Source: Takakia lepidozioides
Taxonomy: Eukaryota; Plantae; Bryophyta
DNA: 64,000 nt
Assembly (NCBI GenBank): GCA_030704615.1
Contig: CM060733.1
Coordinates: 10,354,001 to 10,418,000, forward strand
Reading direction: 5' to 3'
Positions 39,961 to 50,869 of this stretch are shown here, one piece after another. The position numbers were made by a program, and so were the translations under genes. The notes below the pieces were generated by a model. The model was not told the DNA's origin. It did not search any database and saw only the letters and a list, made by a program, of their open reading frames with translations. Within the stretch, counting starts at the first letter, position 1, and the number at the start of each line of letters is the position of its first letter.

Positions 39961-40316
39961 GTAATGTGACGGCACGGTGCCGGCTTCTCCCCTTCAGCCG
40001 TCATCATCCGGACGGCCCCCCACTTTCTGACTGCATACCGTTGGCAGTTATTGCGCAAAGACCAGGGGCCGCATTCCGGAGACAAGGTTCATTAACACTC
40101 TGACTGTGGATTTTTGAGATAGTTGGCTCCCTGGATTTGGATCAAGCTTCGTCGCTCGGACAAATCGGCATCGCATTCATTCCCATCGCTGCACCCCCTT
40201 CTACCAGGGAGCTTCCCCGCACGCCATCCTGGCAGTCTTGTGTGCACATCTCCCATGGCGGAAAACCCGAGCGCTACAGTGTACTGCCCTCCTCACGAGC
40301 ATAGAGCTTCATTTCC

Positions 40317-43300
40317 GTGCAGAGGGGACACCTGCCGGGTGATGGAGAAATATCTGTGCGTTCGATACCACCTGAAACCGGGATCGGTTTTTTGGAGGAG
40401 GAAAGGAAGGACTCAAACGGCCTTGTTGTCGAGAGTATTGTTGTGCTCCACGATGATTTCGGCGATGGCAGGGAATGGCGAGTTCCACCATCGGACAGCG
40501 TCATATACAGGGCTGTTGGGGACTTCATTTGCCCGCCAAATGCACCGTCTATCCTGGCGCCTTCCACGAAACAATCCGCGAATCAGAGAGTGGGTACCTC
40601 AAATAGAGAAGTCCGCAACGAAGTAAATCCAGAGCCGAACCCATCCATGAAGACGACCGAGAACCGGGTTGTTCACAACCTGTCCGACTCAGACGAGGTC
40701 ATGGAAGTTCCGAGGTCGTCCTGGAGATCAGGCAAGTCCTCAATGGACGTCAGTGGAGGAGGGAGTCATATTCCCAGCACGAGCACCGCAGTTCGATCTA
40801 TTCTAGAAATTCTGCGAGGGCTTCACCTGGAGGGACACCGGTCGGAGCTGGCCGGGCTGGACTACAGCAAGTTCGCAATTAAATCGGTTACATGCCTTCC
40901 CGCCGACGTCGACGGTAATATCTTCTTTGAGTTCCCTCCTCGGGCGGACTACTCGAGGGCGTCCGGAATGTTGACAGATATGGATAGAAAACATGACGGT
41001 CATCCTTGGTGCGTTACCAAAACCACCAGCATGAAGATGCTTGATGGTGTGCGGGTGCGCTACGTTGTTTGTGCGGGCGCGTTGCGGTGTTTCTCCCCAA
41101 CTTGCTTCCACTTTAAATCCAGAGGTCACAGGAACGAGACCGATTGGACAGGCACAGCTCACCAACCATTTCGAGCTCAGGAGAAGGTTCCGAACTCCAC
41201 ATTTAAGTGTGCGCATTGCAAAGAACCACCACACTGCATGTCTGTTTGTAATGCCAAGCAGTTCTATGTGTTGCACCGTTTCCCTGACCTCACCCGAGCT
41301 TGCATACACGTTGGTTCCCATTGTCACAAATTGGCGAGGGGGAACTCGCGGGAGGCTGCCCACGAAGCAGAGCAGCTCGTTCAGGAGGAGGTTAAGTTGA
41401 GACCGGGTGCCAAACCCAAACAGATACAGCTCCAAGCCGCCCATAAGATGGCATTGGTCAGAATTATGTCGGAAGACGGCTCCGATAGAGTTCCTCTCGA
41501 CGAGAAGGAAAATGAGGCATTGCTGGAGTCGGTGTCCCACGTATGTTCACCGAATGTCCGAAACCACATTGTCTCATGCAAACAGAAAATTGGGCGTGGC
41601 TCGGATATGCACTCCATTCTGGAGGTGAAGCGACGATGTGGATATGACTACATTCATGGAAGTAGGTTTCCAGGACAAGGGACTGAGGCAGATCGTTGTT
41701 TCGTATTCAAAATGTCCACGTGTGGACCTGGCAGTGGCGTCGAACTGGTCGACAGGATGACGAGTGGGAACTTGTCAAACAGTTGGGTCATGTTCGACCA
41801 TATCAAGCGAATTACAAATCACCAGTGGGTGACAATGGGTGCACATGTCTACGACACCCACTGCAGGATGCTAATGACAATTGCTATTTGTGAGATGAAA
41901 GGAGAGGACACACAATCGGAGATGCTTCTTTGGCAGGGAATAAACGAACAGATGGCCAAGGCGGGATTGCCCCCTCCCAATTTCCGTGGTTTCATGGCGG
42001 ACAACGCACAAGCAAATTGGGCTGCCATCCGAAGGGTGTACGGGCAAGACCCCAATGTTCCCATGGAAGGCAATGAGAGATCTTGTGGGTTCCATTTTCT
42101 GCAGAGCCTTTCGCAGTACACAACCAGGCTCGTGGCGCCAGATTTCAGAGAGGAGCACCGTTCCATGTGCCTTGCGTGGAAGCGCGCTCCCACCTTGGAT
42201 GATGCAGAGACACAGTTTGCATGCATATGGGCTTGGTGGACATCGTCAGGTGCTGTAAGGAATCAGACGAAGGAGCAATGGTCAATTGGTTAGCATGGTG
42301 GCATTATCGTTTCCTCCAGTTCGGCGACTATATGCTGGAGGTGAGTTGCACGAATTCGCGTCCCGTTGGATATTATTCTTGGCCATATTTGTAACTTGCT
42401 TGTAACCTGAACATGTGCTTGTGCAGGACATGTGTCTCGACTCCGACACCGACATGCCCACGACAAACATGGCCGAATCAGTGCACTCTTCCTAGCGTGC
42501 CTCCTCTGCGGCGCATCTGGTGGACATCCTCACTGCCACAACGGAGGACATTGTGAGGTCAATTATGCAGCAATGCAGGTACAACGAGTTCTTGAAAGGG
42601 AAACAGTGGGGCTTGGGGCCGGACAGGCAGGAAATGCTGATGCGGACTGCCTCCAGATCGAAGAATCCTCGGAAGTGGGCGGCGGCCTTGCGAGAGGGCC
42701 TTCGGGACACGCCATTGCTGCGAAGAGGCCAACATTTGGAAGGAGATGTTCATACCCGTCCAGTGAGACGAAGACTTGACGAGGCACCTGGCGGAGAAGA
42801 GGATTCATGGCGAGCTGACAAGAATATTCGCACGCTCCCTCGTGGTCCGGTGATGTTGTCCGAGGAGGTCTCGTCGAGCACCGGAAGTCCTGCACGTTCA
42901 AGATCGCCATCTCTTTGAGCACAGGGCGCGTGCCCCGGCAACATAACGAGCCATCTGTAGTAAAGCAATACAACATTCCCATTGTGGAGACAAGAGTGTC
43001 GGAGTCACAGTGGAGAATTGCGAGGACATTGCCGGCATTTCGAGGGAAGTGTTGCGCCATCCGGGTGGATACGAGAGTACGCTGTGGTGAGATGATTCGG
43101 AGGAACCCACACGGTGCTGTACCTGCACCTTGTTTCAGCGGCAGATTTTTGACTCCCACATTTGCTCACGCCACAACGCAGACATTTTGGTTCTGTAGAC
43201 ACGACATAATGACCTGTGTATTTGGCAAGCCCAAGTACGGGATTCAGGGAATGCCGGAGCCTCCGGGCGTCTGGCCTGTTGCACCGGGTTGCAGCCTCTC

Positions 43301-43844
43301 TCAGAATGAGGCGGATGCTCTATCTGCAGCAGGATTTCGAATGGTGCAACGCACAGACATCCCGGCCCACGCATTTCCGGTTCCTCAGACCCAGCCATTG
43401 CAGAATGCTCGGTCTAGTAGAGACGGATTGGACAATTCTGCACATCCCACAATGCGATTCGGAAGAGTGAAAAGACGACACCCTCCCAACAAGTTGAATG
43501 AGACTCGGATTGCCAATGCTCTTGGGATGGCTTGCACTATTCAGAGCTCCGTGGACGTACCCCCACCCAGCCTTGGGCGTGTGTATCGGATGGCAACGGC
43601 CGGCTCGGCTGTACGCGACGATGTATACACAATTACGATTGGAGTGGAGCCGACTTGCAACTGTACGGACTTCTCGTTGATGGAAGCAAAGAAGGGTTCG
43701 AAGTATTATCCGTGCAAGCATCTGTATTACATTTACCTGAAGAGGTTGAGGATGAACGTGACTATTGATGACTTTATTCATGCACCGGCGTTGAGCGTGA
43801 ACGAGCTGCACAAACTCCTCCTTAGGGATTCCAGAAATCATTGA
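40317..43844 (+). pseudogene. MULE-type DDE transposase with N-terminal Cys/His-rich (GCM/WRKY-like) domain and C-terminal SWIM zinc finger
   Basis: DGHPW...CAGALRC...C; VMFDHIKR (D); FMADNAQANWAAI (D); CGFH; WLAWWHYR; PTTNMAESVH (E); SWIM CNCTDF...PCKH. Intron ~42340-42427; frameshifts near 42277 and 42900; stop near 42493. Confidence 0.85.
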
Positions 43845-43994
43845 TGGGGCAAACGGAATCCTCCATATGGATATTTTCAAATGCATTTTGCTGTATCAGA
43901 CTTTTTTTTTGCAGTGTAATGAAATGCACCCCAAAACTCCTGGAATGAGGCAATATTCCATTCAAACTGAGATCCAACAGAAGCAGTTGTGGGG

Positions 43995-44430
43995 CCATTT
44001 CTGGAAAAATGGCGCCGAATTTCTCTTTTGGGGCCGAAAACTCGCTAAGTCCCAACATGCACTGGTACCTGTGTTGGGAAAATGGCGCCGAATTTCTCTT
44101 TTTGGGGCCGAAAACTGGCTAAGTCCCAACATGCACTGGTACCGTGTCTGGAAAAATGGCGCCGAATTTCTCTTTTTGGGCCGAAAACTGGCTAAGTCCC
44201 AACATGCACTGGTACAGTGTCTGGAAAAATGGCGCCGAATTTCCCTATTTTGCGCCGAAAACTGGCTAAGTCCGAACATGCACTGGAAAAATGGCGCCGA
44301 ATTACCTGTCATGAGGGGACCTATAGCCGTGGAATTCGGCACCATTTTTCGCCAGAGAGACCTATTGCCGCGAAATACGTCGCCGTTTTTTCAGGTTACG
44401 GACCCTATTACCGCGAAATTCGGCGCCATA
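43995..44430. repeat. Subterminal tandem array (~73 bp units) of the MULE
   Basis: GGAAAAATGGCGCCGAATTTC...CCGAAAACTGGCTAAGTCCC; related to the 95-bp intronic unit. Confidence 0.9.
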
Positions 44431-44675
44431 TTTGCACATGTCGCTGGGAATTGGCATGAGCGGAAGACGAAATATCATGAGCACAACTGTCAAAAGTGCA
44501 ATTTTCCCTTCAAGGGGCCGAATAATATATTTGTTTTTCCTGACACATTGCATTAAATTATTGTTTTTTATTGTTTTTTATTTTCAAAATTTGTACTTCT
44601 GCTCATGAAAACCGATTGTGTTACTACTCTGCTCATGCCGCTCATGCCGCTCATGCTCATGAAATAGCAAACCTC

Positions 44676-45080
44676 CCATGAAAGGCTTAAATAGTTGTGG
44701 ATTGCGCATTTGCTGCAAATCACACCAAGTATCAAACTCTTGGATAAAATCATCCAACTCGATGGTGCTCACTGCCCCAGAGTACCTTCGTGGCCCCTTG
44801 GTAGCTCCATAGATCTCCTCCATTGTGTCCCACAACAATGGCAAGGAAACAACTTGCACCACCGGTGTGAGTCATCCTGATTCACAATCCGAATCAGAAC
44901 CTTTCGTAGAAGACACAGGAGGTGAAGGTGGCCTAAACCGCACACTTTGTCTCGTGTACCCACTAGTATTGCTAGTGCTCAAACTGGCATTGTCCCCAGC
45001 AACTAGTGGCACCTCTGTGTTGACAAACTGTCATTTAACCGGTCATGAACATGTCCCTAACCCCCTCTCCACAAGGTAAC
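44676..45080 (-). pseudogene. Gypsy-2 gag 5' part
   Basis: ...ELDDFIQEFDTWCDLQQMRNPQLFKPFM joins in frame to AWKGLFQHLEG (28232) once the MULE and one TSD copy are removed. Confidence 0.8.
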
Positions 45081-45699
45081 CGAGTAGAGAACATGTTGCG
45101 GCTTATGGTTTGGAATACTAGGTTCCTAACATAGCCTACACCTGTACCTGCATCCACCGCAAGCACTCCTATGGTTGGCAGGTCATCACCTCCAACCTCA
45201 CCACAGGAGAAACAATGATGGTCTGACTGGTCATCACCCCAGCCTCACCATCGACAGCATGCTCTAGGACTGGCCGGTGATCAAATCCGGACCAATCACC
45301 TATAAAAACAAGCGCCCACACAAAACGAGCATGGCGCACAGTCAAGCATGCAGGTATGGAGGGGATCCAAACACAAGAAATCAGAACGACAACTCCCCCA
45401 CACCAAAAACAACTCCACGGTGTTGCTCCTACAAGGACATCCCAGCCCAAATCCGGACTGACTTTGCCTCCACCTACGGAAAGGTCTTGGCCTAATGAGA
45501 GGGTGGAAACTACGAGGAAGAGAAGTTAAAGCAATGCCTAACCCCAACATGCCCTCATCCCAACACTCTTCCTCTCCTCTCTTCCTCACTTGCATGACCA
45601 TGGGAATATCATGAAGATATTCCTCAAACCGCCCTCCACGAGCTTCAAAATTTGGCCTTCAAGACCACATGTCAGTCCTTAGGCAGTCCACCAGTGCCT

Positions 45700-46100
45700 C
45701 CACGAGTCAGCACAAGCCGTCCACAGGTCAATACGGGCCACCACAGACCAGCACAGGCCCACACAGCTCATTGGTCACAGCCGTCACAGCCCCACACAGG
45801 CCACAACCTGTCACAGCCCTACACAGGTCACAGGGTCACAGCCCCAAAGGCCACATGTCACAGCTTGTCACAGCCCTATAAAGGTCATAGGGTCACAGCC
45901 CCAAAGGCCACAGCCCGTCACAGTCCGTCACAGCCCCACAGGCCATACGGCACAGCCTGTCCCAACCCGCCACAGCCTGTCACAGCCCCTCACAGCCCCT
46001 CACAGCCCCACAGGCCACATGGCACAGCCTGTCACAGCCCCTCACAGCCCATCACAGCGTGTCACAGCCCGTCACAGCCCCACAGGCCATTCATGACAGT
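45700..46100. repeat. Degenerate minisatellite (CACAGCCC/GTCACAGCC) in the Gypsy-2 5' UTR
   Basis: About 30 CACAG-based units. Confidence 0.85.
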
Positions 46101-47520
46101 TTAGCCATTTCTCCAAGAGGTTTAGCCACGCCAAGCTAGGGTTTGTGTCTCTTGGACTCTAGTCTTCTTTGCACCGAGCTATGGCGGCTGTGAAGAAATC
46201 AGCAAGGTATTCTTACTCTTTCGGCTCCCACACACCACCAATAGTAGCCCTAAGCCATGAGGAAGATGGTTGCCACAAACCAAGCCTTCTTTCTCACTTA
46301 GACTCCCCAAACACGCCACTAAACTCAATGGCAAACAACCAAGCCTTGCTGGTTTCCAGCCCTTGTGAGCACTCATTCAAGCGTTTCCCTTTGCCATAGC
46401 ATTTGTCTTAGAGCCTATTCCAGCCCCCTACACCTGCCACTTCAAGAGCCATGCTCTATCTAGGCTTGAGATTGAAACCCCAACTCAGAACACGCTCTAC
46501 AAGTGTCGGACTGTCACATAAGAGCAGATCAGCCTCTTACCTTCTCTTCTAATTCTCTAAAGCTTGAAAACAAAAGCCCAATGGACTGAAGGCATGCTCC
46601 ACACATGCCCCACTCTCACCACCAGAGAATCAGCCCCTTTGCTTTTTTTCTTGCACCCACCAACCTGAAAATACACGCTTCAGCGGGCTGGAAACATGAT
46701 CCACACATACCCTACATGAAAACCAGCCCATTCCTTCCTTTCTTGCTTGCCCTCCAAGCTTGAAGATGGAAGCTTCAATGAGCTGAATACATGCTCCACA
46801 CATGCAACCTCTTCACACAAGAGGTATCAGCCCCCTATCTTGGCTCCTTAGCTCCTTGATGCTCTCTAAGACAAGACTAAGCACTCCACAGCCCTTGCCA
46901 AGCTCCTGAAACCCTAAGGCTTACATTTCTAGCCACAAGACACTTCTCTTGTGGTGCAAGAGCTCTTCTTCCAAGCTCTGAAACCCTAGGTGCACATTCC
47001 ATGGCCTTGCCGCACCTCTTAGCTCCTTTTCCAGCCCTGCTCTTGCCATGACAAGAGCCCTCTCAATGCTGAAGCTCGAGATTGAAACCCAATCTCAACA
47101 TACTCCACAAAGTGCACTGATTTGCCCCAAGCTAAATCAGCCCTTTCGCTTGGTCTTGCAATCCTTCACACAATGAAAGCTCGCATTCCCAAGTCCAGTT
47201 CTCAGCTTTGCCACCAAAGCCACTATAACCTGCTTTTGACTTGTCCTCTTCCCAATCGTGTTTGCTCATGCATGTACACAATTTGAAACCATCAAGGTGC
47301 TCTGGAATTACCTGCAGCATGGTGCTTTCATCTCTGAAGCTGAAGATCGAATGCCAAGGTCTACCACCTCGTAACCCACATCGCCTCCGTTTCTAACAAC
47401 CAAGAGCTCCACGGTGCTCCTTGTATAACAACCTGGTTTCTCTCATTCTCAAGCAAAAACCACAAGTGCTACAACTAACTCGTATGTGGCACTCACAGAT
47501 ACGAGCTCATCTTTCTCGAG

Positions 47521-47849
47521 TGATAAAGAAGAAGAATACAAGCACAAGCTCATGCGAGCTCACAAAGCTGAAGCATAAACTCATGCATATATAACCTCAT
47601 CACTCAAATACAAGTCAAGCCAAGTGCACCCCACGCCATGGGGAATCCACACTACGGCGCCATAACTAGGCGCAGTGAGGCTCAACTCGAGAAAGATGAG
47701 CCCACCGCGATCTACCGTGAAGATAACAACGCCAGGTGCCCAAACATGTATTGGCCCTTGGATTGACACTTGGGTCAATCCCAAATGTCAATATATAAAA
47801 GCTAGTTATTTCCTAGCTAACTTCACACTAGTGGTAAAATAACTTGACA
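47521..47849 (-). repeat. 5' copy of LTR-like repeat A of Gypsy-2
   Basis: Near-identical to 22019-22347; contains a TATATA box and an adjacent hairpin (47762-47792). Confidence 0.95.
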
Positions 47850-48130
47850 AGGGAAAAACAGGCTGAAATGTGTTGAAGAAGGTACCTTCATTAGCAACGT
47901 CTTGTTCTATTAATTGCAGTGCTGCCGTTGCTGTTTCCAGTTGACCATCTATCCGTGCGATTGTTTGTAGCTATTGATCCACAGGGAAGCAGAAGGAAAC
48001 TTGTGTTTGAAATCCGGCCCTCTTGGATGAATCTGGACCTCTATCCCTGGTCCTCAGCTATCCCTGCATGTGGACAAATCATGAATACATCCTCAGCCTT
48101 GCTACTAGCAGCTGACACTGATGGCATGAA
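47850..48130 (-). pseudogene. N-terminal part of the PPR pseudogene, separated from the rest by Gypsy-2
   Basis: QIHPRGPDFKHK..ASLWINSYKQS..IDGQL matches the N-terminal repeat of the 4715 PPR. Confidence 0.75.
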
Positions 48131-48223
48131 GTTCTTCCAGCAAACACCCTAAACCCTAATGATGAGAGGGCAAAACAAACTAAAATAGGTTGAAGAAGAA
48201 GGTGCAGGGAGCACAAGTTGATC

Positions 48224-49105
48224 AACTATAGGTGACCAAGTGCAGTGGACTCGTGAGAATTCCCAAACTGGGGAACGTTCCATTGTGGACTATATCATAA
48301 TGGACAAAAATTTGTTCCCCCAGTGTGCCAATGTGTTGATCGACTGAACTGATATTGGTACCTCTGACCACTTCCTAGTTTGGACTGAGATCAAAAAGTG
48401 TTTTCCCAACACCAGAGTAGAAGAGATTCTCAAGGACCTCCGCAAATCTTGACCCTACTGGATAAATCCGACTTAGAGGCTGTAGTGTCCAAAGCCATGT
48501 CTGTTGCCATGAGATTGTTTGATGAAAATGAAGTTAGGCAGAAAACTTCCCTGAACTTGTTTCCAGTCAGTGACATGAGGGAGGACATCTTGGATGACCT
48601 CAAGGGTCCACCCACTCTCGGCACCAGACTGAAATTTGAACTCAGGGCAGGAAGCCTACCTTTGAACAGCAAACAGAAGCAGAGAGGAAAGGGAGAGTGC
48701 ACTTCCCATTGTGTGGGCAATCTGAAGACAATATTCATTTTCTGATACACTGTCCGGGGTTCTCTCATTGATAACAGGGGTACGTTGAAGGTTGCAATGA
48801 CCCAAAGTGCTTCTAATAGAGTCCCACATCAATTCAATCTCAAAGAAGTTCGTCCCTTGACTGGCTGGAGAGCGGTCTTACACATTGGTGATTCAATGGG
48901 GCGCTTTAGGAAGACAACCAAGGGCAAGGACTTCAACTACAGGTGACCAAGTGCAGTGGACTCGTGAGAAATCCCAAACCCTAAACGTTCCATTGTGGAC
49001 TATATCATAATGGACAAACATTTGTTCCCCCAGTGTGCCAATGTGTTGATCGACAGAACTGATATTGGTACCTCTGACCACTTCCTGGTTTGGACTGAGA
49101 TCAAA
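48224..49105 (+). mobile_element. Duplicated LINE AP-endonuclease fragment (48224-48395 and 48933-49105)
   Basis: WTRE...RSIVDYIIMD...IGTSDHFLVW (SxIDY...SDH motif) in two ~170-bp direct copies. Confidence 0.65.
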
Positions 49106-50142
49106 AGAGGACCTCTTGTGTGTGCATACTTGTGTCTGTAGTCAGGTAACGACGGATTGGTTAGTGAGAACCACCACGGTGCAACTGAGCACGGCCTGCT
49201 TAGACCAAGCTGACTCTCCCAAGAACCTTGTAAACATCTGGAAGAATACCAAATCAGGTACTAACAGGAGGCAAGAGCCCGCAATAGCAGGATGGAAAAA
49301 ATTCTTCACATCGTACCTTTAGAAAACGCCACACCTTGCGATTGCAGTTGTCCCACCATTGTCAATATTCTAAGAACTCATGCCAGGTCTGCTCAATGAT
49401 GAGAGGGCAAGACAGGCTGAAATAGGTCGAAGGAGAAGGTGCCCTCACCACATTGTCCTTGACCTTGTGTCATGGCCCATACAGGATTTGCCCTCCCATC
49501 AACCCAAAAGGATCGCTTCCCTAAACTCTCCCCTAAACCTTGGAACGCGGGAGAGGAGTGGAGAGGAGATGAGAGGAGGAGAGGGAAAATAGAAAGCCGC
49601 GGGAGGGAAGGGGAGAAAAATCGCGGAGAGAAAAAACAAACAAAAAACAAACAAAAGGATGATCCCGCGATTTGATCCTGCGGTGCATCGCGTTCTTAAC
49701 GTCGCTCTTACCACTACACTATCCCTTAAAACTCAACAACCCCCTCCTGTAAAATTATATTTAAGGTGTCTTAAACCCCCCTCTGTATGTATAATGTTGT
49801 ACATGGGGGGGGGGGTTTAAATACCCCCTCCTATGCACGCACGTGGCTAGTACATTTAATGAGGAGTGCACCCCCTAGGCTCCTGCTCCTCCTCCCACTG
49901 CCACTCCTGACCCACCTTGGTCAACTTGGTAAGAGCCTTTGCAATGCTGCAAAATCCCTTGACAAACCGTCGATAATAGTTTGCCAACCCCATGAAAGCA
50001 CGAACTCTGCTAATATCGATGGGGCGTGGAATGCGTGCAATGGCCACCACCTTCGTCTTTTGAACACCCAATCCTGTAGGGTATATCATGTGGCCCAGAT
50101 ACTCAATCTGGTTATGGAAGAACTTGCACTTCCCAGGGTGAA

Positions 50143-50869
50143 TGCAGGGTTGACTGGACCAAAATGGACGTTACCAGCACAGTTTTAGATGACTGCAATT
50201 GATGGTGTCATCAATTGAAATTGAATTAATTCATTAAAGCCAGCAAATATATATATCATTGGATTCATGGTTTCAATACGCACCCATAACAACTCTCCAA
50301 TCATGAATCCGATAAGAAATGACTCCGCTATGGACTTTTGAACACCGTCATTGTGGACTGTTACCGCAATGAATGGAATTACAATGGACTCAAGTTCTCA
50401 TATGTTCCATTGGTGAATTCCATTGAAATTTGGATATAAGGTGGTCATTTTGGTCCACATCATAGGTATGGATTGGCAAAATCATTTGTCATTTGACTCA
50501 TATGGACTAATATATGTCAAACAAATAGGCGTTTTTTGAAAAGTCCATAGCTCATCTTGTTTTTTGGATTTTGGGTGTCATTGTTTTTCTAGAATTATAA
50601 AAACCTATAATCTTCAATGGCTAGATGTCATATTGAATTTTTTTTGTAAACTCTAATTTTTAGTTTTTCATAATTTCTCTAGATAATATACTAAAATATT
50701 TAATGAATTATATCTTTAATATTTGGGGTAGGACTCTTTACTAAATATATTCAGTATACCATTATTTATCACTAAAAAAATATTTTGGGATAATATCCTC
50801 AACTTTGTTTTTTTAGTCATGGACTTTCATGGAGCAGCATCTGTCGTTTTTTGTCCACTCAACCCTGCA
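50143..50869. mobile_element. hAT-like MITE inserted in the Gypsy-1 RT
   Basis: TIR TGCAGGGTTGA(C/G)TGGAC at both ends; AT-rich core with TGGAC subterminal motifs; flanking duplication CC(C/T)AGGGTG is offset by a few bases. Confidence 0.7.

Larger units (their letters stand above)
28238..44675. mobile_element. Mutator-like (MULE) DNA transposon, 16.4 kb, with two divergent genes
   Basis: 9-bp TSD CCATGAAAG (28229-28237, 44676-44684); TIRs GGGGGCTGCTATTTCATGAGC / GCTCATGAAATAGCAAACCTC with CATGAGC repeats; encodes a MULE-type transposase with SWIM. Confidence 0.9.
21823..47849 (-). mobile_element. Ty3/Gypsy retrotransposon 2: gag-protease-DNMT3-like MTase-(RT/RNase H largely deleted)-integrase-PHD, with split direct terminal repeats
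   Basis: 329-bp A repeats at 47521-47849 and 22019-22347 (~5 transitions); B repeats at 22350-22455 and 21823-22019; gag split by the MULE; protease LLDSG; DDE integrase; PHD finger. Confidence 0.92.
18319..49879. mobile_element. Non-autonomous TIR DNA transposon (hAT-like by TSD length) carrying PPR-gene and LINE fragments; ~5.5 kb without the nested Gypsy-2
   Basis: TIRs CTTGGGGGGTGCACTC / GAGTGCACCCCCTAGG; 8-bp TSD CTCCTGCT (18311-18318, 49880-49887); removing the element restores the Gypsy-1 pol frame EWQWEEEQEDAFEELK; both ends share subterminal AACCCCCTCCTGTAAA repeats. Confidence 0.85.

Noticed and set aside
38160-40085. Many overlapping ORFs (MEIRRRISI..., WKFGAEFP...)
   Set aside because: Translations of the palindromic array on both strands; not credible proteins
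45652-46104. 150-aa His/Pro/Ser-rich ORF
   Set aside because: Translation of the CACAGCCC minisatellite, antisense to the retrotransposon UTR
21823-47849. Classification as a DIRS/Ngaro tyrosine-recombinase element because of split repeats and an MTase
   Set aside because: No YR motifs seen; a protease, an HHCC+DDE integrase and a C5 (not Dam-type) MTase indicate Ty3/Gypsy
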